A stretch of DNA of 64,000 nt from an uncultured cyanobacterium (GTDB taxonomy: Bacteria; Cyanobacteriota; Cyanobacteriia; Leptolyngbyales; Leptolyngbyaceae): assembly GCA_963766075.1 (NCBI GenBank), contig CAVYAN010000010.1, positions 1 to 64,000 of the forward strand, written 5' to 3'. The notes beneath the pieces are model-generated. The model was not told where the DNA came from. It worked only from the letters and a program-made list of their open reading frames with translations, and searched no databases. How positions within the stretch are numbered: position 1 is the stretch's first letter; each line of letters begins with the position of its first letter. This document shows, one piece after another, positions 35,399 to 44,650 of the stretch. The position numbers were made by a program, and so were the translations under genes.

Positions 35399-38300
35399 AT
35401 GTCAAACCTTGCCGATCGCCTTGCCACTCTCTCCCCGGCCAAACGTGCCCTGTTACTGCAAAAACTTCAAGCAGAAAATGCCGATCGCGGATCGGCAGCC
35501 TTGACAATTCCAGTCGCCGATCGCACCCAAACTTTGCCCCTGTCTTTTTCCCAACAGCGGTTGTGGTTTCTTAGTCAGTTTGAGGGCAGTCAGTCGGCCT
35601 ATAACATTCCCATCGCCCTAAAATTGACAGGGCACCTGCAAGAATCGGCATTATTGCAAAGTTTAAATCTCCTGGTGGAGCGCCACGAAGTCCTCCGCAC
35701 CCATTTTGCTCTGAAGCAGGGCGAACCCATTCAGATCATTGCCGATCGCTTATCTCTCCCCCTCGAGCGCTTAGACTGGCAAGCACTCACGACCGAGCAA
35801 GTCGAACCGCAGTTGACAGAACTCTTACAACAGGTCGCCCAGCACGCCTTTAATCTTCAACAAGGCCCCCTGTTTCGCATTGTTCTCATTCAGGTCGCCC
35901 CCAGCGTTCATTATTTAGTTGCGGCCTTCCACCATGTCATCACAGATGCCTGGTCGATGAATGTTCTGGTTCAAGAACTCATGGTCCATTACAGCGCCTT
36001 TGCCCAGGGGCAGTCGTCTCCCCTGCCTCCCCTGACGATTCAATATGCAGATTATGCCGTGTGGCAACGGCAGTGGCTAACCGAAGCAACGGCCACTGAA
36101 CAGTTAAGCTACTGGAAAGATCAATTGCGCGGCCTGTCGCCGTTATTGGAATTACCCACCGATCGGCCCCGCCCCCCCATTCAAAGTTTTAACGGTCGCT
36201 CCTTCGTCAAACATCTGGATTCCCACCTCACCCGCGAGTTAAAGGCACTCGCTAACAGCACCGGGGGGACGCTATTTATGGTGCTAGAAGCGGCCTTTGC
36301 ACTGTTGTTGAGTCGCCTCAGTCGCCAAACCGATATTGCCATTGGGACCCCCAGCGCTAACCGCAGCACCTACGATCTCGAACCCCTGATTGGTTTCTTC
36401 ATCAATACCCTGGTGTTGCGTAATGATTTAGACGGCAACCCCACCGTCCGGGAACTTCTGCAACGCACTAAGCAGATGGCTCTGGATGCCTATCGACACC
36501 AAGATATTCCGTTTGAGCATTTAGTCGAGGCCATCCAACCCGCTCGCACCATGAGCCATAGCCCCGTCTTTCAGGTGATGTTTGGTCTCCAAAATACACC
36601 CTCGACCACGTTAGAACTGCCCCAACTGACCTTGACTCCGGTTCCCTTGCCGAGTGAAACTGCTAAGTTTGACTTGACGTTGATCATGAATGAAACGGCT
36701 GATCACCTAGAGGCGACCTGGGAATATAACTGCGACTTATTTGACGCCGCTACCCTCGATCGCTGGGCGGGTCATTTTCAAACGCTGTTGAGCCAGATGG
36801 TGCAACAGCCTGATGCGCCGATTTCAACCCTGGCGCTGCTATCGTCCCCTGAGCACCAACAGATTGTCTATGACTGGAATGCGACTGCGGTTGAGTATAC
36901 CGATACGTTCTTGCTGCACGCTGGCTTTGAGCAACAGGTAGAACAAACGCCCGATGCGATCGCCCTGCTCTACGAAGACCAAACCCTCACCTATGCTGCC
37001 CTCAACGATCGGGCCAACCAGTTTGCCCAGCACCTCCGTCAGCAGGGGGTCACAACGGATGTGCTGGTGGGTGTGTATGTTGAGCGATCGCCGGAAATGA
37101 TCATCGGTGTTCTGGCCATTCTGAAAGCGGGTGGTGCTTACGTCCCCCTCGACCCCACCTATCCCTCTGAGCGAATTGCCGACATGATCGCCGATGCTGA
37201 AATGCCCATTCTACTGACTCAAAGTCACCTAGTTGAGCAGCTTCCGGGGCATCAAGCCCAAGTGATTTGCTTGGACGAACCCGCTACGGTTGCCGCTAAT
37301 TCGACGGCAAATCTCCCGCTATCGCTGTCGCCTGACCAACTGGCCTACGTGATTTATACCTCCGGGTCAACCGGCAAACCCAAGGGTGTGATGATCTCCC
37401 ACCGAGGAGCTGTCAATACTAACTTGGACATTAACCAGCGGTTTGGGATTGGCCCTGGCGATCGGGTGATTGGTCTGGCCTCCTTAAGTTTTGACCTATC
37501 GGTCTACGATATCTTCGGGTTCCTGGCAGCGGGGGGCACGATCGTCATTCCCCACCATCGGGATGTACTCAATCCCTCCGCTTGGATCCAACTGATGCAC
37601 GACCATCAAGTCACCTTTTGGGATACGGCTCCCGCTGTGATGGAAATGCTAATGACCTACGTCAGCAGTCAGGCATTGCGGTTACCCGATTCCTTGCGCG
37701 TGGTGATGATGAGTGGTGATGCGATTTCCGTCACCTTGCCCGATCAAATCCGCCGTCATGCCCAGCCACAAATCCAGGTCTATAGTTTTGGCGGTGCGAC
37801 AGAAGGGTCGATCTGGTCGATTTACTACCCGATCGCCCAGGTCGAGCCTGACTGGACCAGTATTCCCTACGGTAAACCGTTGTCCAATCAGCATTTTCAT
37901 ATTCTGGATGCCCATCTCAACCCGGTGCCCATTGGGGTTGCAGGAGAACTCCACATTGGGGGCACGGGGGTGGCCTTGGGCTACTTTAAGCGCCCTGAAC
38001 TGACGGCCCAACGGTTCATTCCTGACCCCTTTTTCCCAGCGCCCCAGGCCCAGTTGTATAAGACGGGCGATATGGGCCGCTATCTCCCCGATGGCACGAT
38101 CCAGTTTCTTGGGCGGATTGACCATCAGGTCAAAATTCGCGGGTTCCGGATTGAGTTGGGTGAAATTGAAGCGGCGGTGACGCAGCATCCCGGTGTCCGT
38201 GAGGCCGCAATTTTGGTGCGGGAGGATCAACCCGGCAGTAAGGTATTGTGCGCTTACGTGGTGCCCCAACCCCGTGAAACCGTGGAAGTTGCTGCACTGC

Positions 38301-38827
38301 GGCAGGCTTTACGGCAAAAACTCCCCGATTACATGGTGCCAGCCTTCATCCTGTTGCTGGAAGAACTCCCCTTAACCAGTAATGGCAAGGTTGATCGCAA
38401 GGCATTACCCCAACCCGATGCGGGTTCTACGACTGAGCAGGGCGCAATCGCCCTACCCCAAACCCAATTAGAACGGCAAATTGCCCAAATCTGGGCAGAA
38501 CATTTGCAAGTTAATCCCATTGGGTTGCAGGACAACTTTTTTGACCTGGGCGGACATTCCTTACTCATGGTCAAAATCTTCAGCGATTTACAGACAGCCC
38601 TCCAAACCGAGGCAAATGCGGCATTAAACATTGAACTGAGCATTGTTGATTTGTTTCAGTTTCCGACCATTGCCACCCTGGCCAATCATTTACAACATCG
38701 GCAAACTCAAGTCTCGGCCACAGCCCAGGCCCAACAACGAACGGAGGTGCGCACCAGCCAGCAGTCTACCGCCCTGCAACGGCGGGCCTTACGGCAGCAG
38801 TCCCGATCGTTAACTGAAGATGATTAA
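35399..38827 (+). CDS. Single-module NRPS C-A-PCP with a Cys-clade A domain
   Basis: HHVITDAWS, YTSGSTG, FDLSVYD, GGATEGSIWS and GGHSL; code DLYDMSFIWK; N-terminal docking-like LATLSPAKRALL. Confidence 0.93.
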   Translation: MSNLADRLATLSPAKRALLLQKLQAENADRGSAALTIPVADRTQTLPLSFSQQRLWFLSQFEGSQSAYNIPIALKLTGHLQESALLQSLNLLVERHEVLRTHFALKQGEPIQIIADRLSLPLERLDWQALTTEQVEPQLTELLQQVAQHAFNLQQGPLFRIVLIQVAPSVHYLVAAFHHVITDAWSMNVLVQELMVHYSAFAQGQSSPLPPLTIQYADYAVWQRQWLTEATATEQLSYWKDQLRGLSPLLELPTDRPRPPIQSFNGRSFVKHLDSHLTRELKALANSTGGTLFMVLEAAFALLLSRLSRQTDIAIGTPSANRSTYDLEPLIGFFINTLVLRNDLDGNPTVRELLQRTKQMALDAYRHQDIPFEHLVEAIQPARTMSHSPVFQVMFGLQNTPSTTLELPQLTLTPVPLPSETAKFDLTLIMNETADHLEATWEYNCDLFDAATLDRWAGHFQTLLSQMVQQPDAPISTLALLSSPEHQQIVYDWNATAVEYTDTFLLHAGFEQQVEQTPDAIALLYEDQTLTYAALNDRANQFAQHLRQQGVTTDVLVGVYVERSPEMIIGVLAILKAGGAYVPLDPTYPSERIADMIADAEMPILLTQSHLVEQLPGHQAQVICLDEPATVAANSTANLPLSLSPDQLAYVIYTSGSTGKPKGVMISHRGAVNTNLDINQRFGIGPGDRVIGLASLSFDLSVYDIFGFLAAGGTIVIPHHRDVLNPSAWIQLMHDHQVTFWDTAPAVMEMLMTYVSSQALRLPDSLRVVMMSGDAISVTLPDQIRRHAQPQIQVYSFGGATEGSIWSIYYPIAQVEPDWTSIPYGKPLSNQHFHILDAHLNPVPIGVAGELHIGGTGVALGYFKRPELTAQRFIPDPFFPAPQAQLYKTGDMGRYLPDGTIQFLGRIDHQVKIRGFRIELGEIEAAVTQHPGVREAAILVREDQPGSKVLCAYVVPQPRETVEVAALRQALRQKLPDYMVPAFILLLEELPLTSNGKVDRKALPQPDAGSTTEQGAIALPQTQLERQIAQIWAEHLQVNPIGLQDNFFDLGGHSLLMVKIFSDLQTALQTEANAALNIELSIVDLFQFPTIATLANHLQHRQTQVSATAQAQQRTEVRTSQQSTALQRRALRQQSRSLTEDD

Positions 38828-38837
38828 ACACTTCATC

Positions 38838-38885
38838 GTTTGGGGCTTGACGTTGGCGGGTACGCTGCCTGCTCAGCCCCCAAAC
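38838..38885 (+). other. Intergenic stem-loop between the NRPS and terminal PKS genes
   Basis: GTTTGGGGCT...AGCCCCCAAAC with an internal GGCGGG/CTGCC stem; no poly-T tail. Confidence 0.4.
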
Positions 38886-38972
38886 CAAATTCCCTCGCTT
38901 CCAGGCAGCGCCTAAAGACCGAAGGAACCGCTTAGTTTTCACCTTTCAGCAGGGCAACGAGGAGTAATCAAA

Positions 38973-41900
38973 ATGGATGGGATTGACCCAGGTATGTCAG
39001 AGACAATTTCAGACCCCTTAACCGAGATTTCTGCCACCAATATCGCCATTATTGGGATGGCAGGGCGGTTTCCGGGTGCCAAAAATGTTGAGGAATACTG
39101 GGATAATCTTCAAGCTGGCCGTGAAGGCATTAAGTTCTTCTCGGATGATGAGTTAAAAGCGGCGGGGGTTCCGGCCTATCAGTTGAAGCAGGCCAATTAC
39201 GTTAAAGCGGGGGGCGTGTTAGACGATGCGGAACTATTTGATGCCAACTTCTTTGGTTTTAGCCCTAAGGAAGCCCAGATCATTGATCCGCAACATCGCC
39301 TATTTTTAGAGCAGGCATGGACCGCTTTAGAACATGCAGGCTATAACTCCAACACCTATCGGGGGGCGATCGGGGTTTATGTCGGCGTGGGGATGAATAC
39401 CTATCTGTTGCGATCGCTCTATCCCCATCTGCTCACTTCGGCTGAGTTGGATAGCTATCAGGTGCAAATCCGCAATGATAAGGATTTTCTGCCCACCTTA
39501 GTATCCTACAAACTCAATCTGCGGGGACCGAGTCTCTCGGTTCAGACGGCCTGTTCAACTTCACTGGTAGCAGTGCATTTAGCCTGTCAAAGTTTGCTCA
39601 ACGGCGAGTGCGACATGGCCTTGAGTGGAGGTGTAACAGTCTTTGTCAACCCCACGGGCTATGTCTACAGTGAAGGGATGATTTTGTCCCCCGATGGCCA
39701 TTGTCGGGCCTTTGATGCTAAGGCCCAGGGCACTGTGGGCGGCAATGGGGTCGGTGTGGTAGTGCTGAAGCGGTTGGCGGATGCGATCGGCGATCGCGAT
39801 ACGATCTACGCCGTGATCAAAGGCTCAGCAGTCAATAATGATGGCACGGCCAAGGTGGGTTATACCGCGCCCAGCATCGAGGGACAAGCGGCTGTAATCA
39901 CCGAGGCCCAGGCGATCGCGGATACGCCTGCGGATACGATCAGCTATGTGGAAACCCACGGAACTGGGACTACGCTTGGCGATCCGATCGAAATCGCCGC
40001 CCTAACTCAAGCCTTTCGCCACACAACGACCAAAAACCAGTTTTGTGCCATTGGTTCCGTTAAAACCAACATTGGTCACTTAGATACTGCGGCTGGCGTC
40101 GCCAGTTTAATTAAAGTTGCCCTCGCCCTAAAACACAAAGCGATTCCACCGAGTCTCCATTTTGAGTCGCCGAACCCAGCCATTAACTTTGTCCACAGCC
40201 CCTTTTTCGTCAACACGCAACTGACCCCTTGGCCCGCCACCGATACCCCACGTCGGGCCGGAGTCAGTTCCTTTGGGATTGGCGGCACCAATGCCCATGC
40301 TATTGTCGAAGAAGCTCCTTCCGAGACGCTTGAACCGGGTGGGGCCAGTCGCCCTTGGCACCTGCTCGTGTTATCGGCTAAGTCAGAAACTGCCCTCACT
40401 CAACAACGCCAAAACCTCGCTGATTATTTGAGCCAACAGCCCACCGTTTGTTTGGCGGATGTTGCCTTTACCCTCGCCCAAGGCCGACAAGAATTTGCCC
40501 ATCGCTGGATGGGGTTGGTGCAAACGTCAGAAGCAGCGATTCAGACCCTGCAAGCTCCCCCGTCTGGTACAACCTTCCAGGTTCAGGCCAATCGCACCTC
40601 GGTGGTGTTTCTGTTTCCAGGACAAGGCGCTCAAGTCATTAACATGGGTCGCGACCTATACAAACATGAACCCGTATTTCGAGAGGCACTAGATACCTGT
40701 GCACAACTGCTCTTGCCCGACTTGCAGGATGATTTGCGGCAATTGCTTTATCCAAAAGCCGATTCCCCGGTTGATATTAACCAAACGCAATGGGCGCAAC
40801 CCCTCTTATTCTCGGTGGAATATGCCCTCGCGCAACTTTGGTTGAGTTGGGGGATCAAGCCAGAAGCGATGATTGGCCATAGTTTAGGAGAATATGTCGC
40901 TGCTTGCTTGGCGGGAGTTTTTAGTCTGGAAGAGGGCCTCTGGTTAGTTGCCCAGCGGGCCAAGTTGATGCAGCATCTGCCTCCAGGAGCAATGTTGGCG
41001 ATTCCGGGCACGGAGGCTGAGATCACTCCCTGGCTGCGGGATGGGGTGGTGCTGGCCGCCACCAATGGCGGCATTTGTACGGTGTCAGGGGAGTTGAGTG
41101 CGATCGCCGACTTAGAGCACCAACTCACCGCCGCTGGACAATCGGTGACACGCTTGCAGACTTCCCATGCGTTCCACAGTCCCTTAGTCGAATCCATGGT
41201 GGCGGATTTTCGCCACCTGCTGCAACAAATTTCTTTCCACGCTCCCCAGCGCACCTACCTGTCCAATGTAACCGGCACCTGGATTACCGCTCCCGAAGCG
41301 ACGGATCCCGAGTATTGGATCCAGCACCTCCGCCAGACTGTACGGTTTGGGGAAGCGGTAGCCCAATTGTTACCTGATCCGAACTGGATCTTTCTTGAGG
41401 TTGGCCCTGGGCGTACCTTGACGGCCTTAGTGCGTCGCCATCCCAACTATACCCAGGCCCAGCCTTTGCTGAATAGCCTCTTGACGACAGCGACGGCCTA
41501 TCTAACGGAGCCTCAGCATGTGCTCCAGACCTTGGGCCAATTGTGGCTCCATGGTGTGACGCCGAAATGGCAACGGTTCTATGCCAACGATAACTGCCAC
41601 CGCATTCCTCTCCCAACCTATCCGTTTGAGGGCCAACGCTACTGGATTGATCCTCCCCAGGGCAGCGCGCTGACCCTGAACTTTGGGCTAGCGCGCAATC
41701 CTGATCCGAGTCGCTGGTTCTACGCCCCCTCGTGGAAACAGCTACCGCCCCTCTCTTTACAACCCTTGGCAACCGATGACTGTTGGTTGCTGTTAATCGA
41801 TCGGATGGGGTTGGGCACTGCCCTAGCGGAATCCCTCAAAGCGGCGGGTCAGCGGGTCGTGACGGTGGCCTACGGCGATCGCAAATTTTGGCAATCCGCC

Positions 41901-44636
41901 GACCATGTCGTGAAAGTCGGTGATACTGCCAGCTTTGAACGGTTACTGCTCACCCTCCAGGTCCGCCAGCACTGGCCGCAGCACATCCTGCATCTATGGA
42001 GTCTCGATCCTGGGGCAGCAGATCTCAGGCTCGACACCGTGGCCAAGCAGACCGAAGCGGGATTACATGCGCTCTTATCTTTAGTGCAAGCGATCGGCAA
42101 GGTGGGGCAACCCCAGCCATTACAACTCAGTGTGATCACAAATGGGTCCTACAACCTACTGGGAACGGAATCCCTCAAGCCGCTGAAAAGTCTGCTGCTG
42201 GGGGCGGTGAAAGTAATTCCGCAGGAGTATGCTCAGCTATCCTGTCGCTACGTCGATCTTGAGGAGGTGTTTCCCCATGCTGTATCCCGCTCCCAATGGC
42301 TGCAAACGTTGTTGACGGAGTTAACGACTCCCGAGGCACCTCAAGAAGTCGCCTATCGCGGTCGATCGCGCTGGATTCCTACCTACGAGCCCATATCTTT
42401 ATCTGAGCCAGAGGACAATCCCCGGTTGCGATCGCAGGGCGTTTATCTGATTACCGGCGGCTTGGGCGGAATCGGATTAACCCTCGCCCATCACTTGGCT
42501 CAGACCGTTCAGGCTCGCTTGGTTCTCGTGAGTCGCTCTCCCTTTCCGGCCCGACGCCACTGGGCCTATTGGTGTTTGACCCATCCCAAAGAGGACCCCA
42601 TCAGCCAAAAGATTTACCGACTGCGGGAGCTAGAAGCCTACGGAGCAAAAGTGTGGGTCGAGCAGGCCGATGTCACTGATCACGCTTCACTGGAACCCCT
42701 GGTGGCTTCAATAGAAGCGGTTTTTGGCCCCATTCATGGAGTCATTCACTGTGCGGGGATGGCGGATTTTGGTGGGATTATTCAAGGCCGCAACCGCAGT
42801 GATACTGATCGCATTCTAGCCGCGAAAGTGACAGGCACATTGGTGTTGGATCGGGTCTTCCGCAACCGGCCCCTCGACTTTTGGGTGATGAGTAGCTCCT
42901 TGGGAACGGCCCTCTATAAAACCCTGTTTGGTCAGGTCGGTTACAGTGCGGCTAACGAGTTTTTAAGTGCTTTTTGTGAGTACAAGCAACAGACCACCCA
43001 AACCTTCACGGTCGCCATTCATTGGACCGAGTGGGATGAGGTGGGAATGGCGGTTGATTCCCGCGCAGAGCGCCTAAAAACCAAGGCCCGGGCCGAAGAA
43101 GAACAAAATTGGTTAGTTGCCCTTACCCCCGAAGAAGGTGCAGATGCCTTTGGGCGAATCTTAAATCAGCCTCAAGCCCGAATCGCCGTATCCATTCAGG
43201 ATTTGCAGCAATTATTGCAACAGCAAGCCCAGTGGAGCACCAATCAATTTTTGGAGTCCCTTACTCTGGAACCGGACACCAACCAACCCAAGCAACAGCG
43301 GCCTGAGCTAGCAACGGCCTATATGCCCGCCCAGACCCAGCTAGAAGCCCTGCTGATTGACCACTGGGAAACCTATCTTGGTATTGCACCCTTGGGACTA
43401 GACGACAGTTTTTACGATTTGGGGGGCGATTCTTTGCTTGCCTTGGGGTTACTGGCCCAAATCCAGAAAAAGCTGTCGGTTAATATCCCGATGACAGCCT
43501 TGTTAGAAATCCCCACTGTGGTCGGATTGGTCACCTATCTGCAAACTCATGCCGCTGACACGATCGCCCAGTGGCTTATCCCACTCGAATCCACGCAACC
43601 AGAATCAACCATGGCTCCCCTCCCTAACGACGCCTTCTCTACCCCAGCACCCTCTCAGCCGACTGCACACCCCCCGGATGCGCGCATCCCCCAGCCCCTA
43701 GCCTATCCAACCCCAATGGCGATGACCCAACTGACGACCCCAGCTCAGCCTGTGGCTCGGCCTGTCGCTCCCGTCGTTGCTCGACTCCAAGCGGGTAGCC
43801 CCCAACATCCGCCCTTGTTTTTTGTCCATCCTATCGGGGGCGGCATTAGCTGCTACAGCCCGTTAGCACGCCATCTCAATCGGGATTGTCCTTTCTACGG
43901 ATTGCGGGCGATCGGTCTCGATCAGGAAGCGCCACCGCTAGCTGATGTGCCCCAAATGGCGGCCTGTTATATCCAGACCATCCGCACCATTCAGCCTCAA
44001 GGTCCTTACTACCTTGGAGGGTGGTCGATGGGCGGAGTCGTAGCCTACGAAATGGCCCTCCAACTGTTTCAATTCGGTGAATCGGTATCGGGGTTGATCT
44101 TAATTGACAGTCCAGCCCCAGTGGCAACGCCTCGCGATCCGGCGATCGATTTTACGGTCTTTGCTAGAGGATTGGGCTTCTGCCCAGAGCAAGTGGACGC
44201 CTTTAGTCAGTTGTTACAATCTGATTCAACCGCCCTCGATATGACCCTCCAGCGGTTACTGACAGAAGGTCAACGCATCGGCCTGCTACCCCAAAGTTTT
44301 GCCCTGGCACAGCTCCAGCAACTTTATACTGTGTTCAACGCCCATAGTTTAGCGTTAAGTAACTATACGGCGGCGATCTGTCCTCAGCGGCTACCCACGC
44401 TGTTGCTCCAAGCCAAAATTGCTGATCATTCAATGTTTAGCCGCTTAGGACCGCAAGTGGCTGATCACTGGACCAAACTCTTGGGCCGATCGCCCTTGAT
44501 TCGGAACCTGCCAGGTGATCATTACACCTTGGTCACCGAACCCCAGGTAGCACTGCTGTCCACTCATCTCAACAGTTTTCTATGTCAAATTAAACCATCT
44601 GGGCGGACTGTGGCCGCAACCAGTTTCTCACCCTAA
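38973..44636 (+). CDS. Terminal PKS module KS-AT-KR-ACP-TE
   Basis: Post-NRPS-type KS (NDKD, VQTACSTS, ETHGTGT, IGHLD); AT GHSLG/HAFH; KR TGGLGGIG and GYSAAN; ACP LGGDSL; TE GWSMGG and GDHY. Confidence 0.93.
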   Translation: MDGIDPGMSETISDPLTEISATNIAIIGMAGRFPGAKNVEEYWDNLQAGREGIKFFSDDELKAAGVPAYQLKQANYVKAGGVLDDAELFDANFFGFSPKEAQIIDPQHRLFLEQAWTALEHAGYNSNTYRGAIGVYVGVGMNTYLLRSLYPHLLTSAELDSYQVQIRNDKDFLPTLVSYKLNLRGPSLSVQTACSTSLVAVHLACQSLLNGECDMALSGGVTVFVNPTGYVYSEGMILSPDGHCRAFDAKAQGTVGGNGVGVVVLKRLADAIGDRDTIYAVIKGSAVNNDGTAKVGYTAPSIEGQAAVITEAQAIADTPADTISYVETHGTGTTLGDPIEIAALTQAFRHTTTKNQFCAIGSVKTNIGHLDTAAGVASLIKVALALKHKAIPPSLHFESPNPAINFVHSPFFVNTQLTPWPATDTPRRAGVSSFGIGGTNAHAIVEEAPSETLEPGGASRPWHLLVLSAKSETALTQQRQNLADYLSQQPTVCLADVAFTLAQGRQEFAHRWMGLVQTSEAAIQTLQAPPSGTTFQVQANRTSVVFLFPGQGAQVINMGRDLYKHEPVFREALDTCAQLLLPDLQDDLRQLLYPKADSPVDINQTQWAQPLLFSVEYALAQLWLSWGIKPEAMIGHSLGEYVAACLAGVFSLEEGLWLVAQRAKLMQHLPPGAMLAIPGTEAEITPWLRDGVVLAATNGGICTVSGELSAIADLEHQLTAAGQSVTRLQTSHAFHSPLVESMVADFRHLLQQISFHAPQRTYLSNVTGTWITAPEATDPEYWIQHLRQTVRFGEAVAQLLPDPNWIFLEVGPGRTLTALVRRHPNYTQAQPLLNSLLTTATAYLTEPQHVLQTLGQLWLHGVTPKWQRFYANDNCHRIPLPTYPFEGQRYWIDPPQGSALTLNFGLARNPDPSRWFYAPSWKQLPPLSLQPLATDDCWLLLIDRMGLGTALAESLKAAGQRVVTVAYGDRKFWQSADHVVKVGDTASFERLLLTLQVRQHWPQHILHLWSLDPGAADLRLDTVAKQTEAGLHALLSLVQAIGKVGQPQPLQLSVITNGSYNLLGTESLKPLKSLLLGAVKVIPQEYAQLSCRYVDLEEVFPHAVSRSQWLQTLLTELTTPEAPQEVAYRGRSRWIPTYEPISLSEPEDNPRLRSQGVYLITGGLGGIGLTLAHHLAQTVQARLVLVSRSPFPARRHWAYWCLTHPKEDPISQKIYRLRELEAYGAKVWVEQADVTDHASLEPLVASIEAVFGPIHGVIHCAGMADFGGIIQGRNRSDTDRILAAKVTGTLVLDRVFRNRPLDFWVMSSSLGTALYKTLFGQVGYSAANEFLSAFCEYKQQTTQTFTVAIHWTEWDEVGMAVDSRAERLKTKARAEEEQNWLVALTPEEGADAFGRILNQPQARIAVSIQDLQQLLQQQAQWSTNQFLESLTLEPDTNQPKQQRPELATAYMPAQTQLEALLIDHWETYLGIAPLGLDDSFYDLGGDSLLALGLLAQIQKKLSVNIPMTALLEIPTVVGLVTYLQTHAADTIAQWLIPLESTQPESTMAPLPNDAFSTPAPSQPTAHPPDARIPQPLAYPTPMAMTQLTTPAQPVARPVAPVVARLQAGSPQHPPLFFVHPIGGGISCYSPLARHLNRDCPFYGLRAIGLDQEAPPLADVPQMAACYIQTIRTIQPQGPYYLGGWSMGGVVAYEMALQLFQFGESVSGLILIDSPAPVATPRDPAIDFTVFARGLGFCPEQVDAFSQLLQSDSTALDMTLQRLLTEGQRIGLLPQSFALAQLQQLYTVFNAHSLALSNYTAAICPQRLPTLLLQAKIADHSMFSRLGPQVADHWTKLLGRSPLIRNLPGDHYTLVTEPQVALLSTHLNSFLCQIKPSGRTVAATSFSP

Positions 44637-44650
44637 ATCTGGAGTCAGAC

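Noticed and set aside
12185..44636. Assignment to microginin, puwainaphycin, microcystin or a thiazoline siderophore cluster
   Set aside because: No aminotransferase, monooxygenase, methyltransferase, epimerase or Cy domains, and no TonB receptor; module order does not match those pathways as I recall them.
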